A stretch of 64,000 nt of DNA from an uncultured beta proteobacterium. Lineage in GTDB: Bacteria > Pseudomonadota > Gammaproteobacteria > Burkholderiales > SG8-41. Of the stretch, positions 9,791 to 19,589 are shown piece by piece. Within the stretch, counting starts at the first letter, position 1. Every line of letters starts with the position of its first letter. Below the pieces are notes generated by a model. It made no database searches and was not told the DNA's origin. It saw only the letters and a list, made by a program, of their open reading frames with translations. The stretch spans positions 60 through 64,059 of the forward strand of contig CALOEN010000002.1 of NCBI GenBank assembly GCA_942492335.1, read 5' to 3'. The translations under genes and the position numbers were made by a program.

Positions 9791-9916
9791 GTGATGGGTA
9801 ATGAGCACAACATAGTGTCTGGTTGCATCATCCGCATGTTGTCATTGACCTGCTGCAAGACGGGTAATGCACATGTCCTGGTGACCTTCGCCCCCCATTA
9901 CCCATTACCCATTACT
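9776..9916. repeat. Inverted tandem-heptamer array: GGTAATG GGTCATG AGTGATG GGTAATG (9776-9803), 92 nt core, 3 x CATTACC/T (9896-9916)
   Basis: Read directly. It occupies the whole ntrB-ntrC intergenic space. Confidence 0.9.
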
Positions 9917-9930
9917 CCTCACGGAAGCAT

Positions 9931-11337
9931 ATGAAACCTGTCTGGATCATCGATGACGACCGCTCGATACGCTGGGTGTTCGAGAAAGCGCTGGCGCGGG
10001 AGAATATTCCTTTCAGGGTTTTCCCCTCGGCGCTGGAAGCGCAGCGCGCCCTGGATGAGGAAACTCCCCAGGTCATCGTGAGCGACATCCGCATGCCCGG
10101 GGAATCCGGCCTGGATCTGCTGCAGAAGGCGAAGCAACGTTTTCCCGATCTGCCGGTCATTATCATGACGGCCTATTCGGACCTCGACAGCGCGGTCAGC
10201 GCGTTCCAGGGCGGGGCCTATGAATATCTGCCCAAGCCTTTTGACGTCGACCATGCCGTCGAGCTGATCCGGCGCGCGATGGAAGAGAGCATGCGGCAGG
10301 AGGGCGCCGCCGAAGTCAGCGAACCCGCCCCGGAGATACTCGGGAAGGCGCAAGCGATGCAGGAGGTGTTTCGCGCCATCGGGCGACTTGCGCAATCCCA
10401 CGCGACGGTGCTGATAACCGGCGAGTCGGGCACCGGCAAAGAACTTGTGGCGAGCGCGCTGCACCGGCATAGTCCGCGCGCCGCCAAGCCGTTCATAGCC
10501 ATCAATACTGCGGCAATTCCGAAGGAGTTGCTTGAATCCGAGCTGTTCGGACACGAACGCGGCTCGTTCACCGGCGCGCAAAGCATGCGCCGCGGCCGCT
10601 TCGAGCAGGCCGAGGGCGGCACGCTGTTCCTGGATGAGATCGGAGATATGCCGCCGGAGCTGCAGACGCGCTTGCTGCGCGTATTGTCGGACGGAAATTA
10701 TTACCGCGTTGGCGGACATCAGCCCATCAAGGCCAGTGTGCGCATCATCGCCGCGACCCACCAGGATCTCGAAGAACGCGTCAAACAGGGACTGTTCCGC
10801 GAAGACCTGTTTCACAGGATCAACGTGATACGGCTCCGGCTGCCGTCATTAAGAGAGCGGCGCGAGGATATTCCGCTGCTTGCCAGGCATTTTCTGCAGA
10901 AAAGCGCGCACGAACTCGGCGTTGAGGCCAAACGCCTGTCGGAGGCAACGCTGAAATATCTTTGTGCGCAGGATTTTCCGGGCAATGTGCGCCAGCTCGA
11001 AAACCTGTGCCACTGGCTCACGGTCATGGCGCCGAGTGTCGCAATCGAGGTCAAGGATCTGCCGCCGGAACTCAGGATGGAAGCGGCGCCGGCAGCGCAG
11101 GACTGGATTGCGGCACTCGAGCGGGAAGTCGAAATGCGCCTTAACCGTGGAGAGACCGGCATCATGGAGGAACTGACGCATCGCTTCGAAAAGTCGTTGA
11201 TCGTGAAAGCGCTCGCGCACACCGGCGGGCGGCGCATCGAAGCCTCGCAGTTGCTGGGACTGGGCCGCAATACCCTGACCCGCAAGATCCAGGAACTCAA
11301 GATAGAAACGGGAAAAGAAGCGGATCAGGCCGAGTAG
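9931..11337 (+). CDS. ntrC: Nitrogen regulation response regulator NtrC (sigma-54-dependent activator)
   Basis: Receiver domain (VIVSDIRMPGESG), AAA+ sigma-54 interaction domain (GESGTGKE, GAFTGA-type ERGSFTGA, ELFGHE), and a C-terminal Fis-type HTH. Confidence 0.96.
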   Translation: MKPVWIIDDDRSIRWVFEKALARENIPFRVFPSALEAQRALDEETPQVIVSDIRMPGESGLDLLQKAKQRFPDLPVIIMTAYSDLDSAVSAFQGGAYEYLPKPFDVDHAVELIRRAMEESMRQEGAAEVSEPAPEILGKAQAMQEVFRAIGRLAQSHATVLITGESGTGKELVASALHRHSPRAAKPFIAINTAAIPKELLESELFGHERGSFTGAQSMRRGRFEQAEGGTLFLDEIGDMPPELQTRLLRVLSDGNYYRVGGHQPIKASVRIIAATHQDLEERVKQGLFREDLFHRINVIRLRLPSLRERREDIPLLARHFLQKSAHELGVEAKRLSEATLKYLCAQDFPGNVRQLENLCHWLTVMAPSVAIEVKDLPPELRMEAAPAAQDWIAALEREVEMRLNRGETGIMEELTHRFEKSLIVKALAHTGGRRIEASQLLGLGRNTLTRKIQELKIETGKEADQAE

Positions 11338-11350
11338 GCAAAGAGAGTAG

Positions 11351-11393
11351 TCGGGATTTACAGGATTAATATAAATAGCCTTGTAAATCCCGA
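11351..11393 (+). terminator. Perfect 12-bp stem-loop after ntrC (possible terminator; no clear U tract)
   Basis: TCGGGATTTACA - 19 nt AT-rich loop - TGTAAATCCCGA. An alternative pairing CAGGATTAA (11361-11369) with TTAATCCTG (11405-11413) is also possible. Confidence 0.4.
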
Positions 11394-11494
11394 TCTCAAT
11401 GCTGTTAATCCTGTCCATTGTTTCAGGTCATTTAGACAGCCTCCCATCCGACATGGTTTAGAATCGCTGCTTCGATCACGATTGCGGAGTTGCG

Positions 11495-12850
11495 ATGCCT
11501 CGTTACGATTACGATCTCATCACCATCGGCGGCGGTTCGGGCGGCGTGCGTGCCAGCCGCCTGTCGGCCGGCTTTGGCGCGCGGGTTGCGCTGGTCGAGG
11601 AGAGCCGGCTCGGCGGCACTTGCGTCAACGTCGGTTGCATACCCAAGAAGCTGTTGTCGTATGCAGCACACTATGCCGACGATTTCGCGGATGCAGCCGG
11701 TTTCGGCTGGAACGTGGCGCCACGCGACTTCGATTGGGCGCGGCTTATCGCCAACAAAGACCGTGAAATTTCGCGACTCAACGGTGTATACGCGAAGCTG
11801 CTGAATGACGCCGGCGTCACGGTGATTGAGGCGCGTGGCAGCCTGGTCGATGCTCACACGGTGCAGGCCGGTGAACGGACGCTGACGGCACAGCACGTTC
11901 TGGTCGCGACCGGCGGCTGGCCGGTGGTGCCGCGGATTCCGGGCGCAGAGCTTGCCATCACCTCCAACGAAGCGTTTCATCTGGAACGCCTGCCGGCCCG
12001 CGCCGTGGTAGTCGGAGGCGGTTATATCGCTATGGAATTCGCATCCATATTCAATGGGTTAGGAGTAAAAACGGCACTGGTTTACCGCGGCCGGCAGTTG
12101 CTGCGCGGCTTTGACCTGGATCTGGGCCGGGTGCTGGCTGAGGAGATGGCGCAAAAAGGGGTGGAGATCCTGCTGGATTCGAACATCGAGCGCATCGAAC
12201 GCAAGGGCGCGGCATTTACTGTGCAGTTTGCATCAGGGGAAACGCGCGAAACCGACCTCGTGCTGTATGCGACGGGCCGCGCGCCCAATACACGCGACCT
12301 CGGGCTCGACGCCGCGGGTGTAGCACTTGCCGCCAACGGCTCGATCAAGGTCGATGAATTTTTCCGCAGCAACGTGCCGTCGATCTGCGCCATCGGCGAC
12401 GTAATCGACCGCATTCAGCTTACGCCGGTGGCGATCGCGGAAGGCACTGCGCTGGCCAATACGCTGTTCAATAATTCACCGCGCCGCATGGATTACGCCA
12501 ATGTGCCAACCGCGGTGTTCAGCCACCCCAATGTCGCCACTGTCGGGCTGAGCGAAAACCAGGCACGCGAGCAGCATGGAGAGGTTGAGGTTTATGTTGC
12601 GCACTTCCGTCCGCTCAAGGGGACCCTCTCCGGCAGCGCCGAGCGCGTATTCATGAAACTCGTCGTCGACCGCAAAACCGATCGTGTGCTGGGAGTGCAC
12701 ATGGTGGGCGCCGATGCGGGCGAGGTGATTCAGGGATTTGCGGTGGCGCTCAAATGCGGCGCGACCAAGGCGCAGTTCGATGCCACTGTCGGTATACACC
12801 CGACCGGCGCCGAGGAGTTTGTCACAATGCGCACGCCGCGAAGTGCGTAG
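11495..12850 (+). CDS. gor: Glutathione-disulfide reductase
   Basis: FAD motif GGGSGG, redox-active GGTCVNVGCIPKK, and the C-terminal dimerisation HPTGAEEF motif. Confidence 0.9.
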   Translation: MPRYDYDLITIGGGSGGVRASRLSAGFGARVALVEESRLGGTCVNVGCIPKKLLSYAAHYADDFADAAGFGWNVAPRDFDWARLIANKDREISRLNGVYAKLLNDAGVTVIEARGSLVDAHTVQAGERTLTAQHVLVATGGWPVVPRIPGAELAITSNEAFHLERLPARAVVVGGGYIAMEFASIFNGLGVKTALVYRGRQLLRGFDLDLGRVLAEEMAQKGVEILLDSNIERIERKGAAFTVQFASGETRETDLVLYATGRAPNTRDLGLDAAGVALAANGSIKVDEFFRSNVPSICAIGDVIDRIQLTPVAIAEGTALANTLFNNSPRRMDYANVPTAVFSHPNVATVGLSENQAREQHGEVEVYVAHFRPLKGTLSGSAERVFMKLVVDRKTDRVLGVHMVGADAGEVIQGFAVALKCGATKAQFDATVGIHPTGAEEFVTMRTPRSA

Positions 12851-12931
12851 ATCAACAGATGACCCACTCGTGCCCGCATTCCGGTAGTCCGGAATCGAAT
12901 CTGGACTGAACGCAGGGCCGGGGACGGACGA

Positions 12932-13699
12932 TTACAGGTCGAGCGTGGCGATGACCGGCGCATGATCTGAAGGGCGTTCCGCCTTGCGCGGCTCGACATC
13001 GACGGTACACGCCGTGCAGCATTGCGCAAGTTCCCCGGAGACCAGAATGTGATCGATGCGCATGCCCATCTTGCGGCGGAACGCATACATGCGGTAATCC
13101 CACCAGGTAAACGATTTCTCCGGTTGATCGAAAAGCCGGAACGCGTCCTTTAGTCCTGCCGCAACCAACATATTGAATGCGTCACGCTCGGGCTTGCTGC
13201 AAAGTACTTTTCCTTCCCATGCCGCAGGGTCATGCACGTCGCGCTCTTCAGGCGCAATATTGAAGTCACCGAGTACGGCGAGCCGCGGAAAATGACTGAG
13301 CTCGTCCCTGAGCCACGGCGTAAGGGCAGCCAGCCATTTGAGCTTGTATTGATATTTGTCCGAATCGACATCCTGGCCATTCGGCACATAGAGACAGATC
13401 ACGCGTACGTCGTTGATGGTGGCGGCCAGGACACGTTTCTGGGGATCGTCGAACGCGGGAATGGCGGTAACGGCTCCGGTTGCCGGGGTGCGGCTCAGGA
13501 TCGCTACGCCGTTGTAGGTTTTCTGCCCGCTGAATGCAGCGTGATAGCCGGCGGCTTCGATGTCGGCCAGCGGGAAATTCGCGTCCTCGAGTTTGGTTTC
13601 CTGCAGGCACAGCGCGTCCGGCTGGTGCTGCGCGAGCCAGTCGAGCACTTGCGGCAGCCGGACTTTCAGCGAATTGACGTTCCAGGTCGCGAGTTTCAT
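12932..13699 (-). CDS. xthA: Exodeoxyribonuclease III
   Basis: [21 protein letters not shown], and the C-terminal SDHAPV motif. The start overlaps the upstream stop (ATGA). Confidence 0.94.
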   Translation of the reverse strand: MKLATWNVNSLKVRLPQVLDWLAQHQPDALCLQETKLEDANFPLADIEAAGYHAAFSGQKTYNGVAILSRTPATGAVTAIPAFDDPQKRVLAATINDVRVICLYVPNGQDVDSDKYQYKLKWLAALTPWLRDELSHFPRLAVLGDFNIAPEERDVHDPAAWEGKVLCSKPERDAFNMLVAAGLKDAFRLFDQPEKSFTWWDYRMYAFRRKMGMRIDHILVSGELAQCCTACTVDVEPRKAERPSDHAPVIATLDL

Positions 13700-14130
13700 T
13701 GTTTTCGCACGAAGTAGATGTCGAATTTCTGCTTCGCTACGGCCTGATAGTAGACTCCCTTCAGTCGATCGCCCGCGGGATCGTAGGTGAGCTCGTAGGT
13801 AGACCCCGCGTAGCCCCCCGCCTGCAACTCGAAGCTGACGCGCAACGCCGAGCCCTCCTGCGATGCCAGCGCCCTGGCGAAGGGAAGCGGATTGGGATTG
13901 AAATACATCGCCTCAAGGCGGCCGTCCCGGGCGATGTTTTTGATCACGATTGTGTAGCCGCCGTCGGGCCGAACCCAGGCGCCCTTCAACACATCGATAT
14001 TGATATTTTTTGCCATTGCCGGAGTGCCCGCCCCTTTCGTGGCAGGCGCAGCACTTTGCGCTGTTGCGGTACCGCTCAAGGCCAACGCCAGCACTAAACC
14101 CAGTAACAAAGAGATACTTGATTTTCTCAT
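13696..14130 (-). CDS. Secreted protein of unknown function
   Basis: Clear signal peptide [25 protein letters not shown]. It is translationally coupled to xthA. I recognise no motif. Confidence 0.6.
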   Translation of the reverse strand: MRKSSISLLLGLVLALALSGTATAQSAAPATKGAGTPAMAKNINIDVLKGAWVRPDGGYTIVIKNIARDGRLEAMYFNPNPLPFARALASQEGSALRVSFELQAGGYAGSTYELTYDPAGDRLKGVYYQAVAKQKFDIYFVRKQ

Positions 14131-14253
14131 TCCATCACGCTTTCAGTGCCATATGAGACGATGATTTTGGCTGTTCATTTATTTGTCCTGGCACAGCATA
14201 TACGACTTGGAGTGCATTTCAAAAAGACCTGGACCGGGAAACCACTACAAAAA

Positions 14254-16695
14254 TTAATTTGCCCGCTCCAGTTCGGTCACCAGCCGCTTCACCTCGGGGT
14301 CGTCGGGCAGGGCTGCGGCGAGTTTTCTTGCATACGGGAGCGCAGCCGCAGGATTGCCCGCTTCGCGGTTCATCGAAACAAGCGCGCTGAGAATTTCCAG
14401 ATCGTATGGGTGATGCGCCTCCGCGGCCTGTAAAACCGACACCGCTTCGCGTTGCCTGCCGGTGGAGTGCAGCCCCACGGCGTAAACATAGATATAGCGC
14501 GCGTTGTCCGGTGCGAGCTTCGAGGCTGCGGCAAGCTCCTTGAGGGCCGTGACTTTGTCGCCTTTGCGCACGAGCAAAAGTCCTAAAGCGTGATGCAGGT
14601 CAGGCGCGAGAGGCAGCAGCGCAAGGCCGCGCCGCAGTGTCTTCTCCCCATCGTTTTCACGCATCTGCTGACGATAGGCGTCGGCAAGGTTGATATACGC
14701 ACCCGCGAACCGCGCATCCAGCGAAAGCGCGCGCTCGTACGCCGCGATCGCCTCGTCGGGTCGGCCCTGGCGCATCCGAAGGTTGCCGAGAGAGACGTTC
14801 GCCGTTGGCCAGTCGGCATCCTGCTGCAGCGATGCGACATATTCTGCCGTCGCCCGCTCCCGCTGGCGACGCTGATCGGTTGAAAGCTGGCCGTCGGCAA
14901 CGTCCGCGAGGACGCGCGCCGCCTCGGTGCGCACGCCCCGGATCGGATCGGCCAGCAACGGCGCGCCCGCCTGCGTGCGGACGGCCGGCTCGAACGGCTC
15001 CAGCAATCCCAGCGCGGCGATGCGCATGCCCGGATCGAAGTTCGCAAGCAGCTTGCGCACAACGGGCAGGTTTGCGGGCCGGACATAGGGTTGTGCCAGC
15101 GCCGCCGCGGTTGCCTTCACGATCAAGGGCATCGCAGCATCGTCGGCCAGCGCGAGAAGCGACGGGAGCGCCTTCACGCCATTTGTCGTGGCGGCATGGA
15201 GCGTGGGGCCGTACTGCGGACGATCACGCCAGGTCTTGCCGTACCACTTGTCCATTGCCGCGGTAGCCCAGTCCGGCTTGCGGTCGGCATGACATTGCGT
15301 GCAGGCATTCGGGCTGCCAAGCGCTAGCGACAGATCGGGGCGCGGCACACGTATGCTGTGATCGCGCCGCGCATCGACCCCCATGTAGTTCTGCGCCGGC
15401 ATGTGGCACTCGACGCATTGCGCGCCCCGTGTGCCCGCTTTGTGGAAATGATGCTTTTCCGTGTCGAACGCCGCGGCCTGGTGGCAACGTAAACACAGCG
15501 CATTGTCTTGCGCCCGCAGCTTGAGGGTATGGGGGTCATGGCAATCCATGCAGGTCACCCCTTGCTGGTACATCCTGCTTTGCAGGAACGATCCCCAAAC
15601 GTAGACCTCTTCGCGCTGCTGCCCATCGGCGTAGTAGTTGGGCGTGGTCAACAGCGCGAGGCGGTGCGTATCTTCGAGCGGGGCTCCCGGCATGCCCCCT
15701 TCGGCGAGGGTTGACCGGCGCGCGTGACAGGCCGCACAGGTATTCATGCCGGCCGGATCGGCGGGGCTGTCGCGGCGTGCGGACTGTGCATTCCCGCCTG
15801 GAAATTTCCAGGCTTCCTGCCATCGGCTTTTCAGGGGGAAAGCGAACCCTTTGTTGTCCGGTTTCGGGGACGGCGTGCCCGCCGGCTTGGCCCATGCCAC
15901 ATGACGCGACCCCGGGCCATGGCACGCTTCGCACGATACGTTGATTTCGCTGAAAGTGGTTTTGTAGGTGTCGCTTGCCGCGTCATAACCCTTGCGCAAA
16001 TTGGTCGAGTGGCATGCGGCACACTGCAGATTCCAGTTCTGATAAAGACCGGACCAGTGCAGTGGGTCGTCGGAAGCTATCGATTCATTCGGGTAGAGGG
16101 AGTACCAGCGCTGCCCGCCGGCGGCCTTGGGCCGCGTATCCCAGGCAATGCTTAGCGCTTGATAGCGTCCACCGTGGAATTCGATCAGGTATTGCTGTAA
16201 TGGTGCGACACCGAAAACGTAGCGCACTTCGAAGTCGGAGAGTTTCCCGTCCGGCCCATCCGTGCGCACCATGAATTTGTCATCGCGCTTGAAAAACGTG
16301 GATTCGACGCCGCGGTGCCTGAATTTTGCGTTGTTGAAATTACCAAGCACGGTAATGGCGTTCGCTTCTTGCATTGCCAGCTGGTGATGCGAGCCCTGCC
16401 AGGCGCTGTCCTGTGCTGCGTGGCACGAGACGCATGTGTTGCGGCCGACATATTGTGCTGTGCTGGCTGAATCTTTCGGACCGGCAGTGCTGATACCGGC
16501 TGGCGGCGGGACAGATGTATTTGGCAACATCCAGTACCCGATGCCCGCGACGGCAGCGGCAACGACGACGCACGCGGCCACGATGCCCCAGGCCCATCGG
16601 CCGCTGATTACCGGACTGGAAGGTCTTTTGATGTTGTGCGGCGCACCCGCCTGACCGGATGCTGCGCCTTGCCTGGGTCTACGATGATCGGCCAT
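14254..16695 (-). CDS. Membrane-anchored octahaem c-type cytochrome fused to a C-terminal TPR domain
   Basis: N-terminal TM helix. Eight CxxCH motifs (CVSCH, CAACH, CEACH, CAACH, CMDCH, CLRCH, CVECH, CTQCH). The C-terminal ~250 aa show TPR-like repeats (AIAAYERALSLDARFAGAYINLADAY...). Confidence 0.85.
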   Translation of the reverse strand: MADHRRPRQGAASGQAGAPHNIKRPSSPVISGRWAWGIVAACVVVAAAVAGIGYWMLPNTSVPPPAGISTAGPKDSASTAQYVGRNTCVSCHAAQDSAWQGSHHQLAMQEANAITVLGNFNNAKFRHRGVESTFFKRDDKFMVRTDGPDGKLSDFEVRYVFGVAPLQQYLIEFHGGRYQALSIAWDTRPKAAGGQRWYSLYPNESIASDDPLHWSGLYQNWNLQCAACHSTNLRKGYDAASDTYKTTFSEINVSCEACHGPGSRHVAWAKPAGTPSPKPDNKGFAFPLKSRWQEAWKFPGGNAQSARRDSPADPAGMNTCAACHARRSTLAEGGMPGAPLEDTHRLALLTTPNYYADGQQREEVYVWGSFLQSRMYQQGVTCMDCHDPHTLKLRAQDNALCLRCHQAAAFDTEKHHFHKAGTRGAQCVECHMPAQNYMGVDARRDHSIRVPRPDLSLALGSPNACTQCHADRKPDWATAAMDKWYGKTWRDRPQYGPTLHAATTNGVKALPSLLALADDAAMPLIVKATAAALAQPYVRPANLPVVRKLLANFDPGMRIAALGLLEPFEPAVRTQAGAPLLADPIRGVRTEAARVLADVADGQLSTDQRRQRERATAEYVASLQQDADWPTANVSLGNLRMRQGRPDEAIAAYERALSLDARFAGAYINLADAYRQQMRENDGEKTLRRGLALLPLAPDLHHALGLLLVRKGDKVTALKELAAASKLAPDNARYIYVYAVGLHSTGRQREAVSVLQAAEAHHPYDLEILSALVSMNREAGNPAAALPYARKLAAALPDDPEVKRLVTELERAN

Positions 16696-16811
16696 GGGTC
16701 AGATTCGGCGATTCATTCGAGTTTCGGCATCATCGTATGCCCGTGCTTTGCACGGGTACGCCTGCGACCCGACCGGATTTTTGTGCCGGCTGGAAAGGGC
16801 GGAAAAGCCAA

Positions 16812-17390
16812 TTAATATCGTGCGGGTGCAGGCTCTGGCGCAGTGCCCTGGGGTGCGGCGGCTTGCGGGGCAGGTGCGGGTTTCGCTGTTAGCGGTGCAG
16901 CCGCAGGCTTGGGCGGGGCATAACCCGGTGCCGGCTGACGGGGGTATCCCGCGATATCGAGCGCGTTGTCCCAGTCGCTTTCGAGGTAACCGCGGAGTTT
17001 GGTGCCGCCGACGAACAACAGCGGTATGCCCAAGTCACCACCCGACACTTTCTTGAAGGCGTCGAGATCGGCCTGCGGGTCCTTTTCAGTGTAAGGCACG
17101 CCGCGGCGATTGAGCTGGGCGCGCGCCTTGTCGCAGCCTGAGCCGCAATTGTTTGCCCATAGCGTGACCGGGAAGTTCTTCACGGCCTGCTGTACGCTGT
17201 AGGGCAGCTCCGAGGTCTGGATGGTGCTGGTGCTGATATTGCGCTTCTCTACCGATTTTGCGCTGGGCGGAGGCGGAGTGTCGCGCCATTCGACGCGGCC
17301 TGCATCGTCAACCCAGCGATACAGCTGCGCCGCGGTTGCCGGCATTGCCAATACCGAGCACATCATAGTTACAGCCATGACTTTGTTCAT
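16812..17390 (-). CDS. DUF4124 / glutaredoxin-like fusion protein with a Pro/Ala-rich tail
   Basis: The real start is ATG 17388-17390 (MNKVMAVTMMCSVLAMPATA signal). It has DUF4124-like LYRWVDDAGRVEWRD and a glutaredoxin-like VTLWANNCGSGCDKA...PLLFVGG. The upstream 87 codons of ORF 16812-17651 look non-coding. Confidence 0.7.
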   Translation of the reverse strand: MNKVMAVTMMCSVLAMPATAAQLYRWVDDAGRVEWRDTPPPPSAKSVEKRNISTSTIQTSELPYSVQQAVKNFPVTLWANNCGSGCDKARAQLNRRGVPYTEKDPQADLDAFKKVSGGDLGIPLLFVGGTKLRGYLESDWDNALDIAGYPRQPAPGYAPPKPAAAPLTAKPAPAPQAAAPQGTAPEPAPARY

Positions 17391-17449
17391 AGGGGCACCT
17401 CTTAGGATAGCGCCGTTGACTCTAGCATTTCGCGCGGCGTCACGCAAAA

Positions 17450-19504
17450 TCATGCACCGGCCATACCGTTGTGCCGGAGCAACGCTTCTATCTTCGGTTC
17501 CCTGCCCCGGAACGCGACGAACGATTCGAGCGCGGGCCGGCTGCCGCCGACACCGAGGATCTCGTTCCAGAAACGGCTGCCGGTCGCCGGATCGAGCACA
17601 CCGTTTTCTTCGAACAGGCTGTAGGCGTCGGCCGACAGCACTTCCGCCCATTTGTAGCTGTAATAGCCCGCCGCATAGCCGCCGCCGAAAATGTGCGAGA
17701 AGTTGTTGGGAAAGCGGTTATAGGGGGGTGGAATCAATACCGCAACCCGCGAGCGCACTTCTTCCAGCAGTTGCAGCGCGGTTTTGGCGCCGCGCGGTTC
17801 GAAATCGTAATGCAGATGCAGATCGAAGAGGGAAAATTCGATCTGGCGCACGGTGGCCAGCCCGCTCTGGAAATTCTTGGCGGCGAGCATTTTGTCGAAC
17901 AGTGTGCGGGGCAGGGGCGCGGCGGAGTCGACATGCCGTGTCATCGGCGCCAGCACGTCCCATTCCCAGCAGAAGTTCTCCATGAACTGGCTGGGCAGTT
18001 CGACGGCATCCCATTCGACGCCGTTGATACCCGATACGCCCAGGTAATCGACGCGGGTCAGCAGGTGGTGCAGGCCGTGGCCGAATTCATGGAACAGGGT
18101 GATGACTTCGTCGTGCGTGAACAACGCCGGTTTGCCGCCGACCGGCGCCGAGAAATTGCAGTTGAGGTAGGCGACCGGCGTTTGTACCCGGTTGTCCTTG
18201 CGCCTGCGCGTAATGGCCACGTCCATCCACGCGCCGCCGCGCTTCGATGGCCGGGCATAGAGGTCGATGTAAAACTGTCCGACAAGATTGTGCTCGCGGT
18301 CGTAAATGGAGAAAAAGCGCACATCGGGATGCCAGGTGGGCGCCTCGGTCGCTGCGATGGTCAGGCCGTAGAGTGTTTCGACCAGCTTGAACATGCCGGG
18401 CAGCACTGTCGTTTCCGGAAAATACTGTTTTACTTCCTGGTCGGAAAAGGCGAAGCGTGCGAGTCGCAACTTCTCCGAGGCATAGGCGATATCCCACGAT
18501 TCAGGCTGGGCTATCCCCAGTGACTCGAGGGCATAGGCGTTGATTTCATCCGCATCCTGGCGTGCATACGGCTTGGCACGATCAGCAAGTTGTGTAATAA
18601 AATCAATAACTTGTGACGGAGACTCGGCCATTTTCGGCTCGAGCGAGTATTCGGCATAATTTTTGAAACCCAGCAGCTTCGCCATCTCTCGGCGCAGCTC
18701 GACGATCTCGGCGATGAGAGGGGTATTGTCCAGCGCGATGGTGACGTCGGAGGGCGAAACAGGGGCTCCGAATTCCGAGGCACGCGTGACATAGGCGCGA
18801 TACATGAGCTCACGCAGTTTCCGGTTATCCGCGTATTGCAGCACCGGCAGGTAGGACGGCGCGTGCAACGTGAACTTCCAGCCGGGTTTGCCCTCCGCCT
18901 GTGCCGCTTCCCGTGCCGTCTGCAATACGTCTTGAGGGATACCGGCGAGTTCCTTCTCGGCGGTTACATAGTGAGCAAAGGCATTGGTGGCATCGAGCAC
19001 GTTATCGTTGAATTTGGATTCCAGTTCCGACAGCCGCTCTTTGATGGCCTTGAAGCGGGGTTTTTTTGACTCCGGCAGATCGACGCCGCCGCGGCGAAAA
19101 TCGCGCAGGTCATTTTCGATGATCTTGCGCTGCGCCTGGGCCAGCGTCGCGAATTCGGCGCTGGTATGAAGTGCGGCTATTTTATCGAACAGACCCTGGT
19201 GCTGGGAAAGCTCGGTGTAATACTCGGTTATTTTCGGCAGATTGGCGTTATAAGCTTCGCGCAGCGCCGGGCTGTTCTGGACGGCATTGAGATGGCCGAC
19301 CTGGCCCCAGGCGCGCTCCAGCTTCTCATTGGCGTCTTCGATCGGTTCAATCAGCGCGCACCAGGTCGGCGGCACATCGTCAGTGACCTGACGCTCGATC
19401 AAGTCGCGGTTCTCCTGCAGCAGCGCGTCGATGGCCGGTGTGACGTGCTCAGGCGTGAAATCAGCGAAACGGGGCAGCCCCGAAAAATCGAGCAAAGGAT
19501 TCAT
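17450..19504 (-). CDS. prlC: Oligopeptidase A (M3 family)
   Basis: 684 aa with zinc motif HEFGHGLHH and typical M3 length and sequence. Confidence 0.94.
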   Translation of the reverse strand: MNPLLDFSGLPRFADFTPEHVTPAIDALLQENRDLIERQVTDDVPPTWCALIEPIEDANEKLERAWGQVGHLNAVQNSPALREAYNANLPKITEYYTELSQHQGLFDKIAALHTSAEFATLAQAQRKIIENDLRDFRRGGVDLPESKKPRFKAIKERLSELESKFNDNVLDATNAFAHYVTAEKELAGIPQDVLQTAREAAQAEGKPGWKFTLHAPSYLPVLQYADNRKLRELMYRAYVTRASEFGAPVSPSDVTIALDNTPLIAEIVELRREMAKLLGFKNYAEYSLEPKMAESPSQVIDFITQLADRAKPYARQDADEINAYALESLGIAQPESWDIAYASEKLRLARFAFSDQEVKQYFPETTVLPGMFKLVETLYGLTIAATEAPTWHPDVRFFSIYDREHNLVGQFYIDLYARPSKRGGAWMDVAITRRRKDNRVQTPVAYLNCNFSAPVGGKPALFTHDEVITLFHEFGHGLHHLLTRVDYLGVSGINGVEWDAVELPSQFMENFCWEWDVLAPMTRHVDSAAPLPRTLFDKMLAAKNFQSGLATVRQIEFSLFDLHLHYDFEPRGAKTALQLLEEVRSRVAVLIPPPYNRFPNNFSHIFGGGYAAGYYSYKWAEVLSADAYSLFEENGVLDPATGSRFWNEILGVGGSRPALESFVAFRGREPKIEALLRHNGMAGA

Positions 19505-19539
19505 GGATATAGGATTCAGGATTCAGGATTCGGGACTCA
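19505..19539. repeat. Tandem heptamers GGATATA GGATTCA GGATTCA GGATTCG GGACTCA (single arm) abutting the prlC start codon
   Basis: Read directly. On the minus strand it reads GAATCCT repeats immediately 5' of the prlC ATG. Confidence 0.85.
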
Positions 19540-19589
19540 GTAGGATACCGGAACTACGGCGGAGTTCCCGTCAGGCGAAACAGCCGGAG

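Noticed and set aside
12878-12895. The hairpin ATTCCGG-tagt-CCGGAAT between convergent gor and xthA as a bidirectional terminator.
   Set aside because: The stem is only 7 bp and there is no U/A tract on either side. It is too weak to annotate.
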